In this document: one piece after another, positions 33,666-43,879 of the stretch
Layout: the number at the start of each line of letters is the position of its first letter
Position numbering within the stretch: position 1 is the first letter of the stretch
NCBI GenBank assembly: GCA_000091205.1
Contig: AP006491.2
Reading direction: 5' to 3' (one strand)
Length of the DNA stretch: 64,000 nucleotides
DNA from: Cyanidioschyzon merolae
Lineage: Eukaryota
Translations under genes and position numbers: made by a program
The notes under the pieces: generated by a model
Told to the model about the DNA's origin: nothing
Database searches by the model: none
The model's input: the letters and a program-made list of their open reading frames with translations, nothing else

Positions 33666-35402
33666 ATGACCACCGAAATAGTAAAGAAGCAGCCGTCGAG
33701 AGAGGAAGCTTCACTAGACGGCGAAGGAGTGGACGTCGTCATCAACGGTTCCGATCTTCCGCAAGTGATTTGTGCTGCGTCCCTTGCGGGCCTGGGGTAT
33801 AAGGTGCTTCTTCTGGAGCCGAGCGAGACGTACGGCGGCTGCACGAGCGGACCACTTTCTGCAGCGCTGCTCTTTGGGGATCTTGACTCGGCCACGGATA
33901 ACAAACATCTCAAGGGCCCTGTACGCGTCGTAGCGAATGGCGGGAACCGGCTGACGGAGCTGCGAAGCCAAGCGCTTGCAAACGCCTCCGCCTTTGTCCT
34001 CGAGTTGCAGCCGCGCTTCTATTTCGCGGCTGATGCCTTCCTGGACCTTCTCGTCGGCAGTGGGGCGGCTTCGTACCTGTTTTTCCAGCCAGTAGACAGC
34101 TTGTTCTGGTTGCAGGCTTCAAGTAACACGGTTGCAGACACTGTCGTTATCGACGTGCCGTGCACCAAGGCCGCCATAGCGCGCTCCCATGACCTCGGAC
34201 TGACGGAGAAGCGCCTGCTCATGCGTTGCCTGCGCTCATGTTTTGTACTGAGTTCCGCGGCGACCGAGTACGATCCGCATAGCCCTGCAATGGATATAAC
34301 TGATGAGGAGCGACGAGAAATGAACCGGCGTTGGTCCGCGGCGGGAGACTCGGCCACGTTGCTTCAGCAACTCGAAGAAGCGTTCGCGTCGGCGCCCTCA
34401 GACCAACAATGGAAACGCGTTGCGGCGCTAGTACATGATATCTACGCTTGGGGCATCGAGGACATGCCGACGGCTCCCGCGACCTGGCGATGCAGTATCG
34501 ACCGCCTGGAGCGCTTCATTCAATCCGTCATGCGCTTCCACGCTGCAACGCCGTTTCTCTGCTGCAAGTACGGGAGCAATGAGATCATTCAGGCGTTCGC
34601 GCGCAGATGCGCTGTCAAGGGTGGCATCCTTGCAATGGACCGAAGCATTATGGCTTCAGCGGCTTGCGATGCGGAGCAGGGTCCAGACGAGAATGGCGCT
34701 GGGTTCGTAGTAGAGACGAATCACGGTGAAAGAATTTTCTGCAGGATCGGAGTCATCTCACCACAGCACGATTCAAATATCCATGTAGACGCGAAACTGG
34801 TACTTCGCTTCGCCGGGCTCACGAGCGAAGCGCTGCGACTTGGCGAACCAGGGCGTACGAATCGCGCTGCCACTGGCCACGCGTTTTTCATCGCTCGATT
34901 CAACGAGGGCGCGCTCGCCGCAGCGTCATCGTATTCGTCTGCCACGCTGTATATCTGGCAAATCAGTTCTGCGGCGGGTATCTGTATGCCTGGCTATTAT
35001 GTGGTCTATGCGGAATGTGATCTGCAGCGGTTGCCTCGTCAGCAGGTTGCAAATACCGAGTCGACAGCATCCGCTCTGCACACCTTCCGGGGCATGGTGG
35101 CGCACGTGCTTCGCTGCATCGCGCCCGCCGCGTGCGAGGCGTGCGATGACGACGTGGCCGTGCTCGAAAGCGTGTTTGCAGCATATGCCTTTTACGAGGC
35201 TCCCGCACCACCGTCTGGATTTTCCGTTCAAACACGTGATGGCTCAGCGAACGTGTCGGTTCCGTACTCGTACGCTCGGATGGACAGGATCCCGCACGCC
35301 ATCCGTCAAATCCTGGAGCATATCGTAGGCGACGACCAAAGAGCAGCATCATCCTTGGATGTGTTCTTTGGTATATCGCCGCCACCAGAGGGCTCCTCGT
35401 GA
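33666..35402 (+). CDS. Rab GDP-dissociation inhibitor / Rab escort protein (GDI/REP) family protein
   Basis: N-terminal dinucleotide-binding-like VDVVINGSDLPQVICAASLAGLGYKVLLLEPSETYGG and the GDI SCR region (ASYLFFQPVDSLFW...VIDVPCTKAAIARSHDLGLTEKRLLMRCLRS); 578 aa. Confidence 0.6.
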   Translation: MTTEIVKKQPSREEASLDGEGVDVVINGSDLPQVICAASLAGLGYKVLLLEPSETYGGCTSGPLSAALLFGDLDSATDNKHLKGPVRVVANGGNRLTELRSQALANASAFVLELQPRFYFAADAFLDLLVGSGAASYLFFQPVDSLFWLQASSNTVADTVVIDVPCTKAAIARSHDLGLTEKRLLMRCLRSCFVLSSAATEYDPHSPAMDITDEERREMNRRWSAAGDSATLLQQLEEAFASAPSDQQWKRVAALVHDIYAWGIEDMPTAPATWRCSIDRLERFIQSVMRFHAATPFLCCKYGSNEIIQAFARRCAVKGGILAMDRSIMASAACDAEQGPDENGAGFVVETNHGERIFCRIGVISPQHDSNIHVDAKLVLRFAGLTSEALRLGEPGRTNRAATGHAFFIARFNEGALAAASSYSSATLYIWQISSAAGICMPGYYVVYAECDLQRLPRQQVANTESTASALHTFRGMVAHVLRCIAPAACEACDDDVAVLESVFAAYAFYEAPAPPSGFSVQTRDGSANVSVPYSYARMDRIPHAIRQILEHIVGDDQRAASSLDVFFGISPPPEGSS

Positions 35403-36064
35403 GCTGCCGGTGCCCCAGCGCGAGAACATGGTTTCCCAGTATGTGTCTGTTTTGAATCGCGATGATGAAGCCGCGTGTGCAGATAGACGCCTAGGCTTGT
35501 AAACTTTACGAAATAGTTCCTAATTGCTCAGCGAGGCGCATGCGTTGGTCGGTGCGTGTCCAGCGAGGCCGATGGCTACACGCATGACGGCATCTCGACC
35601 CCGGATCAGGGCCGGGAGCATTCGTTCAAACTGCGGAACGCTCGAGGCGAGGCAGCGCAGGCGGTGATGCAGCCTAGCGTGCGACGCACAGGAGGTACCG
35701 TCCTGTCGTGCTTCCGCGAGTGCATGCGGGTTCCTGGCGGCGACATGCCCCATGGCGCCGCAGGCACGATGCAGTGGCGGTCACCAGCCAATGCATCAGA
35801 CTTCGAAACGACGTTTCATTAAACATCGCTCGAAGCTGGTGCTTGGCCCGCTGAGCGCGTCTTGAAGCGACCGCTTGATCATTACGATCGCTTAATGCTA
35901 CCCTACTGACCATAAGCGGGGGTTCGCGACCCCACTCAGTATGAAGCGAACCTGCACCGAGTTGCAGGACGGCAACGAAAGTTGGTCTCGTCGACGTACC
36001 GGGTGCTTCAAGGGATGGACCTGCAGCGCGAAGTACCAGGCCGCGTCGCGTGCTGAGCTGCCTC

Positions 36065-36343
36065 TTACTGTTTCTTGACCATTCGCTGCATGATAAACAG
36101 CGATGCGTCAAGGAAGCGCTCGGCACAGTTCGATAAACATTCTGTCTCCGAGCTCGACAGTTTGCTGCCAGGCTTTTGGACGCATTTGTCCCAGCAGAGC
36201 TCTGTGAGCTTCGCAATTACTGCTTGCACAGCAGCCTTTTGGTTTTCTTGCTCTAAAAAGTTGCTAAACTCTTGCTGCGCGGGGCTAGACGGCGAATCTG
36301 ACAGATCCCCAAACCCACTCGAACTACTTGAACCAAAAGACAT
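36065..36343 (-). CDS. Small TIM (Tim8/Tim13 family) mitochondrial intermembrane-space chaperone
   Basis: Twin CX3C motif CWDKC-x15-CLSNC (AKLTELCWDKCVQKPGSKLSSSETECLSNCAERFLDASLFIMQR); ~92 aa from the MSFGSSS start. Confidence 0.6.
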   Translation of the reverse strand: MSFGSSSSSGFGDLSDSPSSPAQQEFSNFLEQENQKAAVQAVIAKLTELCWDKCVQKPGSKLSSSETECLSNCAERFLDASLFIMQRMVKKQ

Positions 36344-36579
36344 GACTTGCGGACAGTTCGGGTGATACGGCCGCTTCCAGCGGGTCACAGGAGCGAAGGC
36401 TCTCGACGACCGCCGGGTAAATGAATATCCACGCGCCGATCCCTGCCAGCCCTTTTCGACCGGCCGCTTCTATCGGTTTGCGTTTATCTCGAGGCACACT
36501 TCGAGCGTTAGAAGCTGCCGGACGAGGTTGGCTCCCGTCAGCTCCGCGGGTCTCGTCGTCAGCTCCGCAGGTCTCGTCG

Positions 36580-36822
36580 TCAGATATGGCTGGCGGGGCT
36601 AAAGTCTCGGTTCACGAACTTTATGCGTTTATCGCCACTGGTTGAACTCATCAATGCAAGGAGTCCTCGAACTCGTGCCCTCAGTGCCATGTGCTGCTCT
36701 GACAGCTCTGTGTGCTTTTCTACCGCCGAGGCGCTCCGCTGGCTTCTCTCTATCTCGATCTTCTCAGGTGTAGAGCCCAGATCACTCCTTGGACTTCTCA
36801 TCTCTTCAAAAAATGAACCCAC
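36580..36822 (-). pseudogene. TnpB/Fanzor-like RuvC-III fragment
   Basis: ALRARVRGLLALMSSTSGDKRIKFVNRDFSPASHI parallels ERRAKMRRLLESVSTINDKKLMEFVNRDFNAASNI in the 55055-56128 ORF. Short ORF with no upstream RuvC-I/II. Confidence 0.45.
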
Positions 36823-36899
36823 ATGTTTATGCCGTTAGGTAAGGACCTTACCGGATGGAGAAGGACTTGCACGAGGAAGACTGCACGTGCCCCGGTGTG

Positions 36900-37640
36900 T
36901 CATCGTGTGCTGAACGCTTCAGCGATTCGCTCAGAGGAGCGATCATTACGTTTCACGATAGCAAACACTCCCTCGACGCGGTTGAACGTCGAAGCGTACG
37001 GAGGAATGAAAAGCAGCTCTACTTCCCGATAGAATCGGCAAAAGCTCGAACGCAAGGGCGATTGGTGAAATGCTACGTTGTGTGATAGGTGGACATCACC
37101 AGATGTCAGGCGGAGAGTCTTTAATGATTCGACAAAGTGATTGCTGTCGTATGAGCCTTCTCTACGAGCGAAACTGAGGTCGCCAAATATATCCACTGCA
37201 GCCAGAACGGAGAATATCATTCTTCTCTTCGAGTTTGATCTCTCATATAGCGAGTTGTCCTCTCTGCGAGTAGCCATATACGCTTCGATCGTTTCGTCCG
37301 GAGAAAGTCCAATTGACTGAAAAAACAAACCGTCGTCCCTGTGCTTCTCACCGATCGCGACATTCCAGGAATTCTGTCGTTGCGATTTCGGTGGAGGATG
37401 TTCTCGCTTGAACTAGGACTCTTTTTTGCGACTGTATTCCAGTGTTTTCAGGATCACACGTACATCCTGTTGAGAAACATAGAAGCCCGCGGCGGCTGCC
37501 ATCGTCGCTTTTTCCTTCCGTAACGTGTTCAACGGATCATATTCTACATTGACCGCAGGCACACTTTGAGCATATCGGTCCTCGGCTCGAAGCGCATTTC
37601 CTTCTTTGTTTCGGTGTTCCCGAACCATCTGAGTACAGAG
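36900..37640 (-). pseudogene. Degenerate DDE transposase (Tc1/mariner-IS630 DDE_3 superfamily) remnant
   Basis: C-terminal motif ELLFIPPYASTFNRVEGVFAIVK resembles the DDE_3 tail (LLFLPPYSPDLNPIExVW..VK). The upstream SWNVAIGEKHRDDGLFF resembles the first-D region (W..V.FSDES.F) but with GEK in place of DES. The ORF is broken, and the track starts it at a TTG. Confidence 0.45.
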
Positions 37641-39599
37641 ATATGACCGACCCCGAGGATGAATGCAGTCCTCCTTTCGCTGTTCAGTAAAGACTGTATC
37701 CTACAGACACTTCGTCTACGATCTATACGGTACAATGCATCCTGGTTTTTCTGATTTCCTGCTGTGCACTGTGCGAAAGCATACGACTGCACGCAGCGGG
37801 GTTGAAACGACCTCGAGTTCGTTGAAAGACGACAAGTGCGCACTCGGCGACACCGCGCCAACGGCACTTGTACGGGTCTGTGTGCGTTGCTTCGGATGCT
37901 GCTCGTACAGGTTCCATCGCGAGACGAACGCGCCTCTGGTACCCGCGAACCGACATACGCTGATGTTCACGACACCCGGGACATGACACTTGATTCTTAC
38001 GACGCTTCAGCCGTGACAAGACTGGATACATATGCATCGGATTATGGACGAGGAAGAGATCGCTCACGCTCGAGTCGCCTTTGCATGGGATGGTGCACCT
38101 GGAGCGCGCTAGAGTCGTGGTGCGACGCAGCGTATGACACCACGCACTGTCTCCATTGGGCGCTGCGCGAAGACCCATCCATGAGAACGTCCACGCGTGC
38201 AAACAACTCTGTTTTCTGATGCGGCCGGGAGTGCTCGTGGTTGCGCGTATCGCACGCAACTGCTGCTGCGCTCCGGTTGCTCGAAGCAACTTGTTTATGT
38301 TGAATTTGCTGAGCGTCATACAGGATCGGGCTCGAGTGCCAAGTGAATAGGAATTGCACAGACAGGTGTGCTCCGGATGCCGCGATCGGTGCCGCATGTC
38401 GTCGCCAGCGAGCGTCTAGCATAATCTCTCGGCCTATTTCATTGGTTTCCTAAGGATAAAGCAAGTGCCCAGTGACTTGCAAATGCCGTTGTGCGATTTG
38501 AATTCCTTGCATATACAGAAACAGGCTCCTAACTCGCCGTTGAATGAGGTCGCGCCCGTCCAGCAGTTCCGATTTTTACGAAGCCACTGCATGCAGCACG
38601 TTCATGAGGCGCGCAGCCGCCAGACGTCGAGATCCCATCCATGGAGCGCGATCCTGTGAGCCCGGCAGCGTATATATGCTCGTTACGTAGAGACAGAGTT
38701 ACCAGTCATCGATCATGCACCCAGATGGAAACGAAAGCAGACCCAGCAACCAAGCGTCTGCGTCGACAGGGGAAGCAGCGTGTACCTCACGTGTCGCTGG
38801 CTTCAGTTGAGAGCGAATCCATCCTCCAAGCGTGAGGAATCCGTCACGGCCTTGTGGATTTGGCTCCAGCTGGTGACCTGCGATCTGAAGACCCGCTCAG
38901 ACGATCTTCGGGACTGCGGCGTACATACACTGTGATGATTCGCGGTTCTGCGCGTGACCAGGAGTTTCCATCAGCATTGTCGGTCGTCGGAAGAGGCATC
39001 GGCCACGGCCGCGGCATGGTCCACGACGCTCCGTTCGGAAGCACAACGCGTAGCAATTCGAAACGCGGCCGAGTCGCCCGGCGTACAAGCGTGCGCACAC
39101 CGCCCATCGTCCGCGGTCAGGATGTACAGAAGCCCACCGAGTTCACGCGCTCTTCTACCAGGAAGCTGTCCGAGTGTAAAGGTTAGTGACTGTCCAAAAC
39201 CAGTGATTCTTCCAAACGGCTGCGTACTGGCGACCACCGGTGTGCGATTGCCTTGCACTCAGAAGTAGTGACAAGAGATGATCCACTATTTGACTCTGTC
39301 AGCGCTTTGGGTAAGAGCCCTAGCTCCGAGAGATTCCCAGTTCGAGCGTACTCATCTTCGTGCAAGTGCAAGTCGTTCCAGATCGCCAACGCGAGAAGCT
39401 TCACTTACGCTCTCAAAACACGAACACTAGTTAAAGTTGCCCACACACCGAGGAAACAAAGAGCCTCCTGGGAATCCGAGTTATACGTACGCTTCACAGA
39501 ACGTCCGTGTAATGCAGGGGAGCTTGCCGGTTAGGGTCGCAGCGGTGCGTCCCCGGTGAAACTACTGGGAAGCGGCGCGCGCATGCAGATCCGAACGTG

Positions 39600-39775
39600 C
39601 GCCAGCGCATGCGCATCGCGTCCGGGATCGGGCGATGTCCAGTTCGTCCCATTGTTTACACTATAGTACATGATCGCGTCCGGGATCGGGCGATGTCCAG
39701 TTCGTCCCATTGTTTACACTATAGTGGATGATCGCGTCCGGGATCGTGCGATGTCCAGTTCAACTCATCATAATC
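39600..39775. repeat. Minisatellite, ~57-bp unit x 3
   Basis: catgatcgcgtccgggatcgggcgatgtccagttcgtcccattgtttacactatagtaca repeated three times with minor variation. Confidence 0.85.
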
Positions 39776-41184
39776 CATGACTGTATCATGGCATGCGCAG
39801 CTTCGAGGCGCGCATGGATCAGCCGCAAAGCTGTCTCCCCAGTGAGCAGCAAACGCAAAGTCGCTGCACCGATCGAACCCCAATTCCATAACAGGACCGT
39901 GACTATTTTGGTCTCTGCAGAGGCAAAGCATGCGCTGAATCGCGAAGTCCATAGCGTTGTAGTCGGCAGCTCGATTGCATCTGAGAGCATCCGCTTCCGG
40001 GCATGCCTCCTAGACCAAACCAGACCCGCAACAGACATCGATAGGTGCTGCCACGTTCTCCGTACTGCGTCTAGGGGTAGAGATCGGGGCTGAAGCATTG
40101 GTGCCTGGGGCGAGCCTGCTGTTGCGGCTTGCATGGACGCTCATCATTTGGCACAGTTGCTTATCGTGGCTGGGCTAGTCGCCAACACGAATGAACCTGG
40201 ACAGAGGCGCGGGCGGTCCTCTTTCCACTTCGCATCGCATGCGCAAATCCCGAGACCAAAACGATCCTCCTTCGTACGCATGGGGCGCATACTCCAGCTT
40301 ATATTGCCTCGGCTGATGAGAAAATGCTTCGCGCTCTGAATTCGTCCACATCCGACAATCAGTTTGAGGTACTACACATTGAAGCCCGCATCGCCTCGGC
40401 TGATGAGGCAAATGTTCCACACTTTCAAAGCATCCACGTATAACACTCCATATGAACGCCCACGCGCTCTTTGGACTCAAGCAACCCGCGCCTTCCCGAC
40501 CGTTGCCAGCGTAGCAGCGATACCAGTGGATCACCTCATCGACAGTGACCACCATTCATGGTTGCCACACCCTTAAAAGCGCGTTTCGCGGAGCCACGAT
40601 GCTGCGCACCTCGCTTCCTCAGTGCAGCGTCGGCTTCTGATCTGACACACCTGCCAACACCGGCAAGCGTCTGCGTTCATCGAGCGACGTTGTCGCCTCT
40701 GTGGCGAACGCGCATCAATCCAGCGAGTATCGCGTGTCGCCACGGACGCTTCCGGCACGCTGGACGAACGATAGAGCGTAAGGTATGTCCAGTTTCTCCG
40801 AACACAAGTATGGATATTCGAGCTTGGAACTAGGATACAGAACGACGAACGCTTTCCCAGATGCGGATATCGATCGCTCCGTCCGAGTTCCCGAGCCTGT
40901 CAAACAGAAACAACCCAGCGTCGCTGTGCGCCAATTCGAGCCGCGCACGCTGCGGGCGAAATCGCGGCAGTCGCCCGGGAGTCCGGCGCCGCAGCCGTGC
41001 ACCCGTCCGTACCCATCCACTCGTACTGGGAAGGTGCGCTCGACTGGAACACGCCTCGCCTCGCCTCGCCGTACGGCAACATCGGAGAGTTCTTCAGTCG
41101 GCAGTCTCCCGGAATACTGGAAAGTTTTCTGCTGTCAACTGGTGCGTAGGTAAGGTTTTCGAACCGGGCCTCAGGGAAGGTTTG

Positions 41185-43806
41185 ATGAACAAACGGCCAT
41201 GCTGCTGGTACTGTGGCACCCCAACGGCGGCAGGGGCGTCAGCCTCGGGCGCGTGCCAAGCAGCGGCGCCTGACGTCAGCAGTGCTGCTGCTGCTGCTGC
41301 TGCTGCTGACAGCGAGCACTTGTCGTTCAGCGCTCTTCTGATGAACTGGAGTCGGGCTGTTGTTTGCAGAGGCTGTCAACGAGTTCTCGCCGAGCGAGTT
41401 GTTGACCTCTGCGAAGCGCCGTGCACAAGTTGGTGCGGGCTGCACGCCTGGAACCTCACTAGTGAGCCGGGTGCACCAGAAGTGGGAACTGGCCGAGAAA
41501 GACTCAAAGCGTCTGAGGGCGAGGGGGGAGTTTCTGGCACGGCAGAGTCTGTTGATGCCGCTGCAACGGTGCTGGAAAAGTCGCCGGCGTTGGGGTCCGA
41601 GCTGCTCGAGCTCGGCGACGTCGCCGGAGCCGACCCCGCCGCCGACCGCCTCTTTGAGCACTTTGTGGTAACGCCAGATATGCACTCTGAGCCGTATAGC
41701 TTCCTCGGGTTCACCGGAGCGCCGGAGGATCCGTTTGCATCGCAGGGACTGATCACTTCCGCGTGTTTTCTGCTGCCCCGAGTGGACGCATTTCCGCTCG
41801 TTACGGTACACAAAGTAAGCGGTGCGCTTGCCGAAATGGAGCGCTTGCTCAGCTTTCTGGGGACTTCATCGACGCATTCATCCGTCGTCAAAAACGAACA
41901 CGATCGGGGAACAATGTCTGCCTCGAGTGCGGTGCTGGTGACGCCAAGTCGGTCGCAGACGCCGCTCGAGGATAGCGACCCGTCGGAAGACGAGAACGAC
42001 CTGGAGGCGCAGGAACCTGTGCAGCCCGCTGAGGTGTCATCCTCTGTCTCGACGAGGGGTCAGGCTGGTGCGGAGGGGCGACCATCGCCGGCGATCTCCG
42101 TCCTGCTCGATGAACAGAGCAGCAGCGCCTTTGGGGATGAAGACGCAGCCGCCGGAGCACTGCTGCGCGCCTACGTTCGCGTCTACTTTGTGATTCTGGA
42201 CGTGGTCTACGCGCTCCAAATGGAATCCGAGGCGCTCGAGAAAGAGCTGATCGAGACTGCGCTCGCGATGTACAGGGTTTGCGTCGAGCGCATCTCGCTA
42301 CGAAACCGCATTCCCGAGGCGTTTGCTGTGGCGTGCATCCTCTTGGCATGGGAACGGGTGGTTGTCCGCCATACGCACCGGGTACCCGCGGGGCAAACAA
42401 GCCCCACAGACGGCTGCACGCCCTCGGGTATCGAATCGGAATCTCTGCTCCAGTACCGAGGATGGAATCCAGTCTTCGTGCGACGTGTTGTTGAGGCGTC
42501 AACTCCAGTATGGCCGCAAGCGAGTATTGCACTGGTTTACGATTACATGCGACGGGTTCTGAATACGCTGTTGGAGCGCCGACCAGATACCGTGGAGGCG
42601 ATCAGTCACGAAATGCCGAAATACTGCGCGCTTCTTGGAGTCAGTGCAGCGGTTGCCGATCTCGCGCACAGCATTGCGGAGCAGGCAGTCATCCACGGTG
42701 TGTGCGCTCGGCGTACAAGCGTCAGCGTTTGCGCTGCAGCCATTTATTTGGCGAATCATTTGGAAGACGCTCGACGCATGCCCAGTGGTGCCTCGAACCG
42801 AACGCAGAGCATGGACGGGAGCGCACATGCTGCCGTCGTCCACGATCCCGTCCGGTTAAAGCAGCGTGATATCGCCGAGAAGCTACAGCTGTCGGAAGTC
42901 ACCCTGAGAAAGGCCCATAAGGAGATTCTGACACATCTGGATGTTGTGCTGCCAGCTGGCTACCGGCCATCGGGGGTGCTCCGGCGATGTCTGCCGCCCA
43001 GCTATCAGCGCGTTGCCGCAAGCGCACTTCAGCGACTGGCAACGCAAGAAGCACTCGACACAAGTGGTCAGAAACTCGCGAATACGGGCGACGGTATCGC
43101 TCGCGGCCCAGGAGCGCCCACAGATCCAGCAGCCACCACCGCCAACACCGGCGAGCACAGGACACACGTCCTGCCCATGGACGCCAACGTCGCTGCTTCG
43201 CGTTCGTCGCCAGCGTCTCTGGAAGCAACGTTGGACACGTGTCGCGAGACGTCCATCCAAGCCTCCCAGCAACCGGTGCACATGGTGCAAGCATCGAACG
43301 AGCACCAGTGCAGCGCTTTGGCAGTCACAGGGGCGCCCCCAGGTACACCGTCCACTACCGAGGATTCGGCCGCCAGCGTACAAGCGCTGCCACGAGCACT
43401 CGGGCCGGCGGCGTTGTTACGCCAGTGCCGTATCACAACGTTGCCCCATACGCCTGGTGCCGCAAGCTTGCGAGCGCTTCTGTACCAGGTCGGCTTATCA
43501 ACGCCGCTCGTGGATGCTATTGTTGACGCCGCCCTGGCGCGAACGTTGCCTGTTCCGATTGGGTTGCTGTTGAACCTCATCGACAGCGGCTGGGTACCCG
43601 TCTGGGCACAGGCGTCTGCTGCGACCTGCAACCGGACACTCGAGGACGCCACACAAACCGCCAGCGAGCGTCATGCCCGAGAAAGCTGTCTAGCACCGCC
43701 AGCACCGCCACCGCCACCGCCACCGCCACTACCGCGCTTGCCGAGTGCTCGCGCCAGACTCACCCCCATCCGTGACCAGTCTGGCGCGCTAAACACGAAT
43801 CCATGA
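41185..43806 (+). CDS. TFIIB-related factor (Brf1/TAF1B-like) with zinc ribbon and two cyclin-like repeats
   Basis: N-terminal CxxC...CxxC (CCWYCG...VCRGCQRV) split by an Ala-rich insert; TFIIB-type cyclin repeats (ELIETALAMYRVCVERISLRNRIPEAFAVACILLAWE; KYCALLGVSAAVADLAHSIAEQAVIHGVCARRTSVSVCAAAIYLANH); long Pro- and Ala-rich C-terminus. The ATG at 41185 (MNKRPCC) was chosen over the track start at 40861. Confidence 0.45.
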   Translation: MNKRPCCWYCGTPTAAGASASGACQAAAPDVSSAAAAAAAADSEHLSFSALLMNWSRAVVCRGCQRVLAERVVDLCEAPCTSWCGLHAWNLTSEPGAPEVGTGRERLKASEGEGGVSGTAESVDAAATVLEKSPALGSELLELGDVAGADPAADRLFEHFVVTPDMHSEPYSFLGFTGAPEDPFASQGLITSACFLLPRVDAFPLVTVHKVSGALAEMERLLSFLGTSSTHSSVVKNEHDRGTMSASSAVLVTPSRSQTPLEDSDPSEDENDLEAQEPVQPAEVSSSVSTRGQAGAEGRPSPAISVLLDEQSSSAFGDEDAAAGALLRAYVRVYFVILDVVYALQMESEALEKELIETALAMYRVCVERISLRNRIPEAFAVACILLAWERVVVRHTHRVPAGQTSPTDGCTPSGIESESLLQYRGWNPVFVRRVVEASTPVWPQASIALVYDYMRRVLNTLLERRPDTVEAISHEMPKYCALLGVSAAVADLAHSIAEQAVIHGVCARRTSVSVCAAAIYLANHLEDARRMPSGASNRTQSMDGSAHAAVVHDPVRLKQRDIAEKLQLSEVTLRKAHKEILTHLDVVLPAGYRPSGVLRRCLPPSYQRVAASALQRLATQEALDTSGQKLANTGDGIARGPGAPTDPAATTANTGEHRTHVLPMDANVAASRSSPASLEATLDTCRETSIQASQQPVHMVQASNEHQCSALAVTGAPPGTPSTTEDSAASVQALPRALGPAALLRQCRITTLPHTPGAASLRALLYQVGLSTPLVDAIVDAALARTLPVPIGLLLNLIDSGWVPVWAQASAATCNRTLEDATQTASERHARESCLAPPAPPPPPPPPLPRLPSARARLTPIRDQSGALNTNP

Positions 43807-43879
43807 GCGAGCGTCCCAGGCGCAAACTTTTGGACTCGTGCGTATGTATGTATGTATGTATGTGTGTGTGTGTGGCGCC

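Noticed and set aside
36421-36645. + strand ORF ending ...AKVSVHELYAFIATG that looks like a second Fanzor-like motif at the same place as the - strand KFVNRDF fragment
   Set aside because: It is the antisense reading of the same codons (reverse complement of AAATTCGTGAACCGAGACTTT), a coincidence of the palindromic-like codon string, not an independent gene. The same applies to MNGGVRVAVRDLHAFFA at 50150-50220 on the + strand; there the real copy is on the - strand.
37723-40860. A ~3-kb stretch with only short or unrecognisable ORFs (e.g. 37723-38397 -, 38042-38422 -) considered as a gene
   Set aside because: No motif or family recognised in any frame; contains a 57-bp minisatellite; could be intergenic, or a lineage-specific gene I cannot support from sequence alone.
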